A DNA stretch of 64,000 bases from Eledone cirrhosa (GCA_964016885.1 OZ024743.1:322586001-322650000); one strand, 5' to 3'; positions 10,433 through 24,739 are shown, counted from the first letter of the stretch. Translations and numbers: made by a program. The notes: generated by a model from the sequence alone, not told the origin.

Positions 10433-11774
10433 ATGTCTGGAAAGCAACAAATGAAACCAACAGAATCAGAAAGAATTCTAAAGGAGATATCATCGAAATT
10501 ATCAACACTTATCACGATGATGGACACACAATCCTCTATTTTAAAGGAAATAGAAAAACAATCTACAGACGGAAAACTTATAACTGAACATATAAACTCT
10601 GAAATTAAGAATTTAGCTGAAATTATACCAACAGTTATCAAAGAAAAGCCTACCACAACCCCCTTGGATGTCAGAAATAAACGAAAGAAATTTGGAAAAC
10701 AAAACACATCGAATAAGAAAAGAAATGTGGAAGACATGGAAAAAATTTCTTAACATAAGAAAACAAAATTTCTGGAAAGCATACAGATGCGAAAAATATG
10801 TCGAAACACATTCGAAATGGCTCTCTCTAACGGCACCCATACTCCCTCGTAAATACCTAATTACAGAAATTGCAGGAGAACCAGAAGAAGAAACAAAACT
10901 CCGATGGGAACTTACATTGACAAAATTCAGGACCGACATCTCCATTTCTGAATGTAAACAATCCCGCTACAAAGCCAAATATGAAGCTATTGATGACCAA
11001 ATTGAAGTTGAAATTTCAAAGCTAACGACTGGTATTATAGCTGAAAAACTACGAGAACTATGGATCGGAGATATCTCAAAAGAAGAAAACAAATCAAGAA
11101 AGGTATGGCAGCAGAAACAATTATTTCTCGATGAATATGCTGCAAATTACGGTAAAGACTCTGGAACCCTGAGAAAAAGCATTAAAAGTGGACAATCTCA
11201 TCAACACAACATACGCCAGAACACGTGCCAACACAAACACTCACCTTACCTTGAATCAAAGAAGAACTACGGTAATAACTCTTCGCTTTTTCTACAAAAA
11301 CACCCTATCGCACACAACATGAACAAAAAGCACAAACACGATAGGTATTCCTTTGACCAGACCATGAGAAGTAGTAAAACCAGGAGATCATTCTCAAGAT
11401 CTCAACAGAGACTACCAACAAGGAATGTGGAAACAAAACGTAGAATAACCAGATCACTCTCAAGATCTCAACAGAGATTGCCCACAAGAAACTGGACGAA
11501 AAAACGATCTAAACCTGAAAGCAAACCTAGGTCATTTTCCCAGATTGTTAAAAATAATGCTAACAGGAAGAAAAATAATATACAGAATACCAAAAATAGG
11601 ACAAAATACATAACGAAACCAAATATAATATCACGACCAAAAGTTCATCAAGCGAACACCAACAGGAATATAAATCCTGAACAGAGAAAAATTCATTTTT
11701 TAACGTCAGGACAACAAAAACCGGAAAAAGAAAAACTCCAGGAGGAAACATACCCAAAACAGCTGTACACGTAG
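10433..11774 (+). pseudogene. ORF1 of copy 4, frameshifted by an 8-bp deletion at 10644/10645
   Basis: TACAAGAG is missing relative to copy 1, splitting the ORF into 106-aa and 368-aa pieces. Confidence 0.85.
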
Positions 11775-11821
11775 ATCCTAAAATAATTAATTTATCTAAA
11801 AGAGATCTTGACAATGATGAA

Positions 11822-13992
11822 ATGCAAATTCTGTCAAAAGGACTGAAATTCACACCGACTCCAACAGTCAACCACCAAGAACTGAAGGAGGATACCCAAG
11901 AATTCTGTCGAAAATTACGTCTTGTAGAATTCTTCGCTGATAAAAATAATGAGAGTGATGAATCACTAGTAAAGAATAAATCAAATTTCACTCCGCCAAA
12001 AGGAAGAAATATCTATCTCGACCAATACATTGACATCCTGTCTAAATTTCCTCTTAGACATAATACTAATGTTAGGCCAAACATTAACAAATCAGAAATG
12101 TCTGCACTTAAACGTATACAAAATGATAAAACAATAATAATTAAACAAGCAGATAAAGGGGGTGCAGTTGTTATAATGGATACTGAATACTACAAGGATT
12201 TGGTTGAGGAACAACTGAAAGACACAACATTCTATCATGAAATACCGTCAAATATAGACCACAACATCATGAAGAAGATCAACAACCTGGCTTCAAAATA
12301 CCACAACTCATTTACTGATAAGGAAAGAGACTACATCACCAATTTTGAGCCGAAACCCAGCAACCTGTATGGCCTACCGAAAGTTCACAAGTCAAAAGAA
12401 ATACAACTGGCAGTAAGAGAACAAAACAGTGAGTACATTAAATTATTAAACTTAGACCTATTATAGCTGGTCCAACATGCCCCACTCACCGTCTAAGCAA
12501 TTTTGTTGACATTATTTTGAAACCACTATGTATTCACATACCCAGTTTCATCCGGGATGATATCGACTTCCTGTCCCATCTTCCCAAAACCACGGAAACG
12601 AATTCACTTCTACTCAGTTTTGATGTGGTAAGCCTTTACACCAACATTACACATGATTTAGGAATAAAGGCGGTTAAATACTGGGTGGAAAAACATAGAG
12701 AAGTGATTCCCATTAGATTCACAGCGCCATTTATATTAGACGCAGTTAAACTTATTCTGGAAAACAACACTTTCTTCTTCAATGGAAAGAATTACATCCA
12801 AATTAGAGGCACAGCGATGGGAACGAAGTTTGCTCCCGTTTACGCGAACTCTGTAATGGGATACTTAGAACAACAACTCTACCAAGAAATAGAGGAAAAA
12901 TATAGTACTGACTTTAGAAAGTACATTGAAAATTCTTGGAAGAGATACCTTGACGACTGTTTCATCATCTGGACAGAATCTCTAGATACTCTGGATGAGT
13001 TCAATATCCTCCTGAATAACCTACACCCATCTCTCCAATTCACAAAAGAGATGAGTAGGACCAAATTACCATTCCTAGATATAATGATAATCAAAAACGA
13101 CACCACCATTACCACGGATATATATTATAAACACACAGACACCCATCAATATCTGAATTTTAAGTCGTGCCATCCACCTCATACAAAACGCAACATCCCA
13201 TACTGCCTAGCCAGAAGAATTTGTACCATTGTAGAAGATACGAATACCAGGTACAAACGCCTAACAGAACTAAGAGAATTTTTGCTCAAACAAAAATACC
13301 CATCTCTACTTATAGAAAATGGCATACAGCGGGCTATAAAAATACCTATACAACAACTTAGAACAACCCAAAGAAGAAGAAACCAAGAACTGGTCATACC
13401 ATTTATAATGACACACAACCCATGTCACCAGAATATCTTCAACACTGCCAAAGCAAACCTACCGATCATTGCTCAAAGTAATGAATTAAAAGGCTTAATC
13501 ACAGATCGATCTTTGACTCTTAGTAAAAGACAGCCAAAAAATTTGAAGCAATTGCTAACAAAAGCAAAGTTTGACCTTAACAACAAAGACCAATCATTCA
13601 CTGTATCTAAATGCAATGATAATCGATGCGGCACATGTCAATCCATACACGCCGGTCAATATATGAAAACAAAAACTGGAAAAATATTCACAAATGCAAA
13701 TATGAACTGCAAAAGCAGAAATCTAATTTACTGCATTAAATGCCCGAATTGTGAAGAACTATATGTCGGTCAAACTGGAAATGCACTATCGGAACGTGCA
13801 CGGGTACACCGTCAACAAATCAGAGACCCAAATGTCCGTCAGATACCCCTAAGCGGCCACCTGGCAACATGTGGTCAGGGAATATTTATAATATTCCCAT
13901 TCTACAAATTACACAGCCCAAATGAAATCAAGAGAAAAATCAAAGAAAAGAATTTTATTGATAAATTCAAACCCAAGCTAAATGAACAATAA
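11822..13992 (+). pseudogene. RT-EN of copy 4, frameshifted by a 16-bp deletion at 12448/12449
   Basis: CACCCAAAAGACTTAA is missing relative to the other copies, splitting the ORF into 214-aa and 491-aa pieces. Confidence 0.9.
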
Positions 13993-14376
13993 TAACGCCT
14001 AGGGGTATTACTTCTACTACCACTATGACCACGACCACTAACAACAACAACAACAACAATAATAATAATAATAAAAGTGATGTTGATGGTGATGATTAAT
14101 AGAAAATGCTATTTTCATCATTTCAAAAAAGCAAAACAATTGATACGTTGGATATGACTATTGGTCGTTAGCATGTTCAACCAGCCGTGACGCTTAAACC
14201 AATCAGCTGTAGTAATTCAGTGAAACTACACACTGATTGGTCGAAATACAGTTTACAGGGCTTTGCATTCTGGAGCCACTTTTCTCTGTATAAAATGTAT
14301 AAAATGTATAAAAGGTAGGAAATTTACCCATCTCATTACAGTTGAAAATTGCAAACTCGACTGTCACCACATATCA

Positions 14377-14415
14377 TGAACCTGAAGATTGCGAAAGCAT
14401 GAAAGTACTTGTTCA
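14377..14415 (+). ncRNA. Minimal type I hammerhead ribozyme (terminal copy)
   Basis: Identical motif, offset 4187 bp (4211-8-16) from the previous copy. Confidence 0.85.
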
Positions 14416-14585
14416 ATTAACACTTAGAATTTAATATTCTATCATACTATTTCATTATAATACCATTATATATATTTTAAAGGATTGTAAATAAAACGAG
14501 TAAATCAGACAAAGTTGGAATTCCTCTTATTAATATAATCTTCTATACACAATCATACACACCCGTGTATATTTACCTATCTATA

Positions 14586-14715
<130 letters not shown>

Positions 14716-14768
14716 GCTGGACAGTCAATTTTAAAATTCTCTTAGTGTTGTCTGAAATGTATAGCCTT

Positions 14769-14862
14769 ACACACGCTGATGAACCGAGGCTAACCCATTT
14801 CTTTCAACAAATTATTGGTGAAACATATCTTTGGATTAGTGTCTTTGGATTTGTACGTGTGT
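14769..14862 (+). ncRNA. Type I hammerhead with extended stem III, in a short element (14712-15120) between (TA)n tracts
   Basis: Stem I ACACACG/CGTGTGT, core CTGATGA, stem II ACC/GGT, GAAA, stem III ACATATCT/GGATTTGT, cleavage triplet GUA. Confidence 0.7.
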
Positions 14863-15114
14863 TATATAGTTATAGAGGTATTTATTTACGATTTAATTTA
14901 TATTTTTAATTATCGTGTCTATAGTCTGTCTTTCATAGGTTATAGATTCCATACACTGGTGGGTTTTTTCCCTATTTTATTGATAACGCACTGTATATCT
15001 CTCTCTGGTGTGTTACCTTTTCAACATATTGTATTTTAAAGAGCTCAGGATTTCTTCTCCTTTGAGCACATTATTTACAGGGAATAGCGAGGGCCTATGC
15101 CTCCGTTAATTTAT

Positions 15115-15201
<87 letters not shown>

Positions 15202-15205
15202 AATA

Positions 15206-15728
15206 TAGTGACGAAACATAAGTCAATTGCATGAACTCATAATCCTTTATTTACTGCTATATATATAATTTCGATGATAGCCATTGAATGGCTATGACCT
15301 CGTCGGGAAGTTAGTCAGTTCTTAGATATGCCAGCTCTGTGTTTATAGTGTTGATGGTATCAGAGCCTTGGGACATATGAGCTTGTTAGGAATAATTTAA
15401 TGTTGTCAGCAGGAATAGTCTTAATTCTCATTGGTCAGTTTGTAGATGCTAGTTGGGTTAGTATTTGACCTCAAAGAGGCAGGTGGTGTTGTAAAGTTCA
15501 AACCGTCAGGCAAGATGACAATAGTTCCATATGACGGATTTTCACAAAAAGCATTCCTGTTCAGATGTATATTCAATTAAGGTTAATAGTATGAAATAGA
15601 TACTACAGGTCATTATTAAATTGAGGAATTTATGTGGAGTGGTGCTACTGAAAATTATGGTTAGAGTAGAAAATTTACAAATAAAAAGACTTATGTAGGT
15701 TGGCTTGCACGTACACTCACACTCACCT

Positions 15729-15735
<7 letters not shown>
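15206..15735 (-). mobile_element. Solo 3' end/pLTR of the PLE at 25279-28806
   Basis: Reverse complement of ~28280-28806; hammerhead core mutated (CCGACGA). Confidence 0.8.
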
Positions 15736-15816
<81 letters not shown>

Positions 15817-15964
15817 AGCAAATATTGTGCAAAAATTTGCCTAAATTACTACTATGGTTCATAGTATTAGCTTGGCTACTATCTTTTTAACACCCCACTC
15901 CTCACTGATTAACCTCGATGTCACGTGATTGATTCTTTTGAATTTGCCACCGACCAAGAAGGCA

Positions 15965-16569
<605 letters not shown>

Positions 16570-16573
16570 AAAT

Positions 16574-16626
<53 letters not shown>

Positions 16627-16627
<1 letters not shown>

Positions 16628-16847
16628 CGGAGGAAATGTGGTTAGGAACGAGGTGGACCATAACGCACCAAAGTACTCAATACTTAGGGTAGTAGAGTGG
16701 GTAATAGGAACGAGTAGGACCCCGACGGCTGAGCTCAAGCCGTTTCGACGGCTAATTCTGGACTAAAATCCAGAATTAGCCGTCCAGAATTAGTCCAGAA
16801 TTAGCCGTCGAGACAGCTTGAGCTCAGCCGTCGGGGTCCTACTCGTT

Positions 16848-16850
<3 letters not shown>
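16627..16850. mobile_element. Fold-back mini-insertion family A (also 49561-49803, 62900-63088; diverged copy ~29700-29846)
   Basis: Shared sequence with inverted arms containing the hammerhead 3' half GAAACGGC-TTGAGCTCA-GCCGTC; flanked by (TA)n. Confidence 0.8.
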
Positions 16851-16888
<38 letters not shown>

Positions 16889-17487
16889 TCTGAATTTGTT
16901 TAGCAAGATTCTTTATCTTGAAACGGATATTGTTATGCTTTGGGAGGGTCATGTTGCCAATAAGAAACACACGCACCAGATGCTTTCACTCCAATTTATT
17001 ATAAATTAAATTTATAAATTTAAGAATTTATAAATTTCCGGTTGGTTGGTTCGTTCGTTCGTTATGAACACTGGCGAGAACTTCAAGATAAAAATAATCA
17101 TCAATACTCCACCAACATGCTAAAATAGAACATAAGGGCAAATTAGAGAACATAGAAATAAAAATAGAATCTACACACAGAAAAGACGCAATGTTTAGAC
17201 AAATCACAGAGGCAATAAACATAAATGAACTCCAACCAAAATTAAATAGAAAACATGAATGGAATAGCAACATCACAACTTACAATTAAGGACAAAATGA
17301 AAACACACACACACATAGAACAAACAACCAACCAGTAACATGTAAATAAACAAATAAATAAACAAATAAAATCACACACAGACACCCGGATGTAACACAT
17401 GCGCAAACTAAGCACACAACACACACAAAAACAAGATGGCGTAGGACAGAACAAAGGAGAGGCACAAAACAAAGAAAAGAATCCCCG

Positions 17488-17530
17488 GTCACTGAAGAGG
17501 TCACAGAATGTGTGATGAAAGAACTTTGAC
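17488..17530 (+). ncRNA. Minimal type I hammerhead ribozyme
   Basis: GTCA-CTGAAGA-G-GTCACA..TGTGAT-GAAA-GAAC-TT-TGAC. Confidence 0.75.
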
Positions 17531-17607
17531 AATATATGAACAACCGTCCGGTTATGGAACCAACCAACCAACCGGAAATTTACAAATTCTTAAATTTATA
17601 AATTTAA

Positions 17608-18503
17608 TCTATATATATAAAACTGTGGTTGTCTGTCTGTCTATCGATTTTTGGCACACATCTCCTCTTAGAATCTCTGACGGAATTGCACCGAAATTGC
17701 TATACTTGTACATTGAGCCCTAGCGAAGACATCGGAAAAAAAATATTTCAAATTGACCCACCCTATGTGACGAAATCGAATATAATGTATCGATTTTTGA
17801 GCGTAAGTTATCAGTTATTTCCCTTTGTTCTGTTTACATTGAGCGTCTTACGTAAAAAATTACGCTGGCTTTCTCAGCGTTTAAAATGACATTAACACAA
17901 TACACGAACAGTTGTCGAGCCAGCAAAATATTGACCTGCAAAATTCATCAGTTCGAACACTAAGCTTCCGTTTTGCTTCATTTCCATTTAAAAGCATTTT
18001 AAAACAATATTTTTACTTGAAAACAAGTCTATTTAAAGACTACGTAAAACAAGCAAATATTTCGTCGTTAGGCGTGCAGACAGACAGTCGTGCAGAGAGG
18101 TGATATACGCGTGCAGACAGACAGTCGTGCAGAGAGGTGATATAGGCGTGCAGACAGACAGTCGTGCAGAGAGGTGATATAGGCGTGCAGACAGACATAA
18201 CTGATAATTTGGTTACGCTAATGTTTTTCTCTGCGTTGCAGTGTTTACATTTTCGATCTTTGTTAATAAATAACCAGTGCAGTTTTTATCCCCAGCATCC
18301 TCTTTTGTTATAACATTCGGGTTATCGTTATGTTTTCTTAACTTCATAAGGCATATTGTTGGTTGAGGGAATATTAATCAAAAACACCACATACAAGTCT
18401 GCACAGTAGACACTACAGTTTTTAAGCCAAAAAAAGAAACTTAACATTGTAACTTTAACACAGCTACTGAGCGACCCCGAGCAACGCCGGGCTTTACTGC
18501 TAG
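17608..18503 (+). mobile_element. Non-autonomous Helitron
   Basis: 5' TCTATATATATAAAA, 3' hairpin CCCGAGCAACGCCGGG then CTAG. Inserted between A and T with no TSD; the empty site is confirmed by the inverted copy at ~16996-17015. Internal 37-bp tandem repeat at 18071-18198. Confidence 0.85.
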
Positions 18504-19091
18504 TTTATAATAAATTTGAGTGAAAGCAACTGGTGCGTCTGTTTCTTATTGGCAACAAAGCATAACAATATATATATATATATACATGGATAGTAATGTT
18601 AAGTTACTGTAGGTTCACCAGAGTGAGCACTAGATGCGTAGTTTCCAGTAGGTGTATTGGTGTAGTGCTATGCAGAGTGTAATCTAAACTATAAGGAGTA
18701 CGGGACTGCGTCCAGAATATATTTTTTATCCCGTTTGTAAAATAAGTTGGATTACTTTGAATAAATGATGAATGAATATTACATAATTTCCGTTATTCTC
18801 GATTAAATATAAATAATTTTGTTGGTTATTTTAAGATTCACTTATTTTAAATTTTCAAATATCAACACTTCCGGTTAGCGATCGCTTAAATAAACATTCA
18901 GATATTTCCGTCACTAATTTTCTCCGAATGCAGTTTATATATAATATCGTCTTTTTTTAATGCATCATAGAGTAAGTTACTGATTACATAAGACAGTATA
19001 ACGCAGTCTTCATTCAATTTCTGTGTATATTATCAATTACGATTTTATTTGATGTATCATATCTGCATGCATATATACTTGCGTATAATAT

Positions 19092-19256
<165 letters not shown>

Positions 19257-19257
19257 G

Positions 19258-19323
<66 letters not shown>

Positions 19324-19453
19324 GTGAGGTTTTTTTACAAAATGAAAAATAACCGAGGTGTCCTACACGAGTGAAAGTATAAAGAAAAAGAGATGAAATC
19401 GAAAATGCAACTGGAGTCTTATTTTTTTTTTAAATATATATATTTATTTGGTT

Positions 19454-19491
19454 CCTTTACCGGTTTCGCAGTTCTTCTGCTTTTCAAAAGG
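19454..19491 (-). ncRNA. Hammerhead with U3-A8 variant core (UUGAAAA), in short element 19317-19530; second copy at 41879-41916 (element 41746-41956)
   Basis: CCTT-TTGAAAA-GCAG-AAGAA-CTGC-GAAA-CCGG-TA-AAGG. Confidence 0.7.
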
Positions 19492-19526
19492 TGAGTTGAG
19501 ATGGAGGGTCTGTGGTTTTTCTCACA

Positions 19527-19595
<69 letters not shown>

Positions 19596-19722
19596 TATAC
19601 ATATATATATACATATATATATGTATTTGAAAAAAAGGAAAAGAATGACTTCACTTGTGCTAAAAAAAATTTTATTTAATTTTATAATATTATAATATTA
19701 TGAGTTGGTAGATCTAGATATC

Positions 19723-19798
<76 letters not shown>

Positions 19799-19844
19799 TA
19801 TAGATATAGATATATATACATATATTATACATATATATTTATAC

Positions 19845-19879
<35 letters not shown>

Positions 19880-19890
19880 CATATATATAC

Positions 19891-19950
<60 letters not shown>

Positions 19951-20137
19951 GGATTAACAAATAATAGTTAAATGCAGTCCACTTAGGTGAAGTCCAGTTA
20001 TGGTTTTCCAGGTAGTGGATGATATTAACGCTTGGCTTGGTTTGACTTGTTATTGTTCTAATTGAATGACATTACTACTTCATATAGTAGCCTGTATTTT
20101 CTTTTCTGTTCTTGCCTGTGTATTTTCTTCATTCTCG

Positions 20138-20250
20138 CATGCTCCGAAGATCTGACTGGTTATAATTCTGTATTGGCGATCGAGTAACGCAAAATTAAGC
20201 GAATAGCGATCTCTAGACATACCAGTTCAGTGAAACAAATGTAAGCTATG
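20138..20250 (+). ncRNA. Hammerhead-like motif with long branched stem II (core CCGAAGA)
   Basis: Stem I CATGCT/AGCTATG, stem II CTGACTGGT/ACCAGTTCAG, GAAA-CAAATG-TA; lies ~50 nt upstream of (TA)n. Confidence 0.55.
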
Positions 20251-20298
20251 TGATTAAAAACTTTTTTGTATAGCAAACCATGTAAACCTTCTTTCCTG

Positions 20299-20346
<48 letters not shown>

Positions 20347-20348
<2 letters not shown>

Positions 20349-21369
20349 CTTTAAGCTATCTCTGTTATTGTATTAAATATTTTACTCTTGATTGGCCAGA
20401 GGTATTTATTTCCAGGTACCTTATAAATATGACTTTCCGTATTTATTACTGTTATGGGATATTGTGGGTTTTTTTGGTTGTCACTTCTCTGTTTTTAGCC
20501 TAAGAAAATATATATATGCCTGTCTAAATAATTACATGCATACATTTATTTTTTTAAAATTAATTGAGTTCTTAACACGTGGAATTGATATTAGTTTTGA
20601 AATAACTAATTAACCCGCGTGTATTTAATATTTTACTCTTAATTCGGCCGGAGATTTACATTCCCAATTGCCCTTTAAAGCGTAACTTTCCGTATTTACT
20701 ACGGTTATGAGATGCGGTTTGTTATTCAGGTACGACTTCTGTTTTTAGCCTAAGAAAATATCTATATGCGTGTGTAATTAATACACGCATACATTTATTT
20801 TTTTAATTTCAATTGAGTTCTTAACACGTTGGATTGATAATGTTTTCGAAAAAACTAATTAACCCGCGTGTATATTATTTTTTATTTTTTCGTGTATCGT
20901 AGTTGTCTCCCCTTCCCGCTTCGTGACGCTATAATACTTCCTCAGTCAAAAACTGCTGGAATTTCAAATTTGGCGGTCATTCGATGCGTGAGAGAGCGGC
21001 TTAGCAGACACGATTTTTAACTGCGGTAAGAATTTTTTCTTATATCAAAGTTTAATGGGCTTCCACTGAAGATTTATAAGTGCCCACCTAAATATATTCT
21101 TACATGAATATATGTTAGGCTTCTACATAAACTGGAAAAATTCTCCCAATTTGTAGAAAACTTATAATGAAACAATTGTTTGGAATGAGAGATATATTTT
21201 AACTTTAATTATATCTCATAAAATAATACAACTGGCTTTCCACAAAATACATATAGTTAGCACCCCAAACACTTAAATTGGGTTTATACTAACATATAAC
21301 CTAATGTTTGTTGAGTGAGATGGTTACCAGTCAGAGTTTAGCTTTAAGCTATCTCTGTTATTGTATTAA

Positions 21370-21373
<4 letters not shown>
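20347..21373. mobile_element. Unclassified ~1-kb element with 34-bp terminal direct repeats and an internal diverged ~250-bp duplication
   Basis: AGCTTTAAGCTATCTCTGTTATTGTATTAAATAT at both ends; ~20376-20625 resembles ~20626-20875; flanked by (TA)n. Confidence 0.55.
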
Positions 21374-21455
<82 letters not shown>

Positions 21456-21459
<4 letters not shown>

Positions 21460-22500
21460 CCTGTAGTACACACACAACAAAATCCCTCACTAGCTATGCT
21501 GATGACACTAAGGTAGCACAGGCAATCAAAAACCCGGCTAAAGCTGCCCTTTTACAACAAGATCTGGATGCCATATACAAATGGGTGGAAGACAACAACA
21601 TGCAGTTTTATGCTGGCAAATTCCAAGCCCTATAATACAAACCTGTAAACACAAATACAGTACAACAGTTACGCCGGACCTGGAGGGACCGATATCCCCG
21701 TGTCGAAATCGATACGAGAGCCTGGGTATAGACATGAGTATATGTCTATACCCAGGTCTCGTATCGATTCTCGCATCTTTTTCCTCACACATCATGAAAG
21801 TGGCGACAATGTGCAGACGACTCACTGGCTGGATCTTGAGGACTTTCCGGACAAGAGACCGAGACACCATGTTGACACTATGGAGGACATTTGTCCTAAG
21901 CCGCCTGGACTATTGCTCCCAGTTGTGGTCACCCCATAGTGTCAAACTAACCACGGAGCTTGAGGAAATCCAGAGAAGCTACACCAAGAGATTGTTACGA
22001 TGAAGGAGATGTGCTACTGGAAGAGGCTAAAAGTACTGAAGCTCTATTCCTTGGAACGAAGACGGGGGAGATACGCAGTGATCTACATGTGGAAAATCCT
22101 GGAAAGACTAGCACCAAACTTTGGCATTGGGAGCTGGACCAACAGTCGAACAGGACGTCACTGTGTGGTGCCAAAGGTACCGTCTTCCACATCTAGAATA
22201 AGGAGCAGATATTACAATAGCGTGGGGCTCAAGAGCCCTCAACTCTTCAAAAAGCTGCCGAGGGATCTGAGAGATCTGCATGGTGTGGATGTGGATGTCT
22301 TCAAGAAACATCTCGACACCTTGCTATCCAGGATCCCGGATGAGCCCACAGCAAGGCACGAGGGAAACCTAAGGGCAGCAGCAACAAACTCCCTCGTGCA
22401 CCAGTGGCCAACCAATACGGGCCGGAGATAAAATGTGTAGCAACAAGGGCGATGCCCCAGCATGGCCTCAGCCGGATGGCAAAACAAGACCACAAATTTC
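21456..22500 (+). mobile_element. 5' truncated CR1/L2-group LINE RT remnant
   Basis: YADDTK, VLSRLDYCSQLWSP, LEEIQR and LKLYSLERRR across frameshifts. Confidence 0.8.
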
Positions 22501-22565
22501 ACAAGGAAGACATTATTAAAAGATTGTCAACATAGTTTTAGTTTAATGTAAGGAATCTAATAATT

Positions 22566-22750
22566 GTTTCTACTTTTGGCACAAGGCCAGCAATTATCCC
22601 AGTGTATTACTGGTACTTTATTTTATCAATCCCGTAAGGATGAAAGGAAAAGTTAACCTCGGCGGGATTTGAACTCAGTTCGTAAAGGGATGTAACTGTG
22701 CTGCAAAGCATGGCATCCGACTGTCTACCGATACTGCCAATCCACCGCCC
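22566..22750 (-). mobile_element. tRNA-derived SINE with Meta-like domain; second copy at 61339-61469 (+)
   Basis: A-box TGGCAGTATCGG, B-box GAGTTCAAATCC, and the CCTTTCATCCTTACGGG..GATAAA..GTACCAG core. Resembles octopus SINEs from memory. Confidence 0.75.
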
Positions 22751-23374
22751 TTGATAATACTAATAATGTCCGTTTACAATTGTTTAACTACTTCATATAA
22801 TGTTTCTGGATCAAATGATTATAGATCATTATTGATCTGGTTCAGTTGAAGATAATTAACTTAGGTAAAATTGGAGCAGCTCATCGGAACATCAAAATGA
22901 ATATAAATTAAAGTAAAGAAAGAAGGTTACATGAATGTAATGTTCCATATATTGGTATTTCACTATGGTGTCCTGGGTATATCTATTGTCTGCCACAGGG
23001 GAGCAATATTCTTCTGTCGAGGCTGCATTATGTGAGATCTGCCTATCGGTAACAAGATTGCCGCCAAAGGACATATTTATCTTACTAATTAGAGGGTGGT
23101 TTCAGGGGAAGTAACTCCTCGAGAAATTAGAAATTGTAGGTAGTTTATAGTTAAGAATTGCTAATGAGTTTAAATGAGTTTACAGCTCTGTGCACCTAAC
23201 CTCTGCATGAACCTAGCCACCTAGCTTCCTTCAACAGCATATTGCACATTGAGCACATGCCTTTACGCTTTGGCTTCTAACCAATTTACCAATCTCTCTT
23301 CACCTCTTCTATCTCCATTTCTCTCTTTAAGATTGGTAACTCTTGAACTATATATATATATATATATATATAGT

Positions 23375-24585
23375 TCAAGAGTTACCAACACATAACAATA
23401 CCCGTAAAACATCGGCTGTAACATCACAAAACAACAAACAACATCCCATCCTGCCTAAGCAACCTCATCAACCCATCCATGCTAATACAACAGCGTAAAA
23501 TTATAACTGTAACTGTGTCCAACCAGGAATGTGTCCGTTGAACAATCAGTGTCTTGAACGCAACATCATATACAAATGTACTATCGAATCGGGTAGCCAG
23601 AAGTGGTACTATGTGGGGTCTACAGCTACCTCCTTCAAATCTCGCCTTTATAGACATCGTTACTCGATAAAACATGAAAAACCAGCGTTATGTAACAACA
23701 CTCGCAGACAAGGCTTGGCACCTGCGCGAAAATAACCAACAATTTAACCTCAAATGGGATATAATAGCAGCTGCCCCTGCATATTTCCAAGGACTGGAAT
23801 TTTGTAAATTGTGTAATATGGAATTATTTTGTATTATGAAATCCAAAAATATTTTATTAAATAACAGAATAGAGCGATCGTTATACTGTAACCATCGCTT
23901 GAAATCTACATTTTCATATTACAAACGCTACCAGGATTGAACGCCTGTCTCCATCTCCGTTTGATTGTCAAAATACATATTAATATTCTCTGTTAGTCTT
24001 AATTCTATCAACTCTTCTATTCTTTACCATTTAATATAAACTGCTATAGATAAAATGAGATTTCTTAATTCAATTCCCTAATGCATATACCAGCAGGCTA
24101 CCAGCATTGTTGTTATACAGTAGCAGTGAAAATCTCCCTCTTCCTTAATTGACACTTTATATCTGTATTAATACTACTACACCAAACGACCAGCCCTGTC
24201 CATTTTTCAATTGGTCAAGTATAGATTAAAATAGGCACTCCCAAAAATTCTTATTTAGATAAAATAAGTCATATGCTCATTGTATTCTCATTAAAAACCT
24301 TCTATATACTTGTTTACCAGCAAATTGAATTGCCATCTGTCATATACTATCCCTTCTCTTCTTCCTTTCTTACAACTAATATAGATACTTCAATTTTTCT
24401 GATTTTTTCCAATATATCCAATATCTCTGAAGAAGTGACAACTGATTATACATTTGCTATCGAATACTTGCTAACATTATATGATTACGCAAGCAGCGAT
24501 ACATAGGTATTCCGTCTGTTACAGAAACATATGTCAATACCTAATAAATTCCTTTATAAAAGCACTTTCATTTTATATTCATCTT

Positions 24586-24588
<3 letters not shown>
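23375..24588 (+). mobile_element. PLE 3' fragment, Hydra-like GIY-YIG plus UTR with a degenerate hammerhead (24421-24540)
   Basis: CNC..CPLNNQC, IIYKC..YYVGST, CKLC..E..LLN..CNH. Hammerhead: CTGAAGA-A-GTGACA...TGTTAC-A-GAAA-CATATG-TC. Confidence 0.75.
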
Positions 24589-24651
<63 letters not shown>

Positions 24652-24678
24652 AGGTATATATCAATATATATATATGCA

Positions 24679-24739
<61 letters not shown>

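Larger units (their letters stand above)
16930..18570 (+). mobile_element. PLE 3' fragment (endonuclease C-terminus + UTR) with an inverted copy of its 3' tip, interrupted by a Helitron
   Basis: Translates to KDAMFRQITEAININELQPKLNRKHEW at ~17182-17262. 16930-17050 is inverted relative to 17560-17607 plus 18504-18570. Confidence 0.65.
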
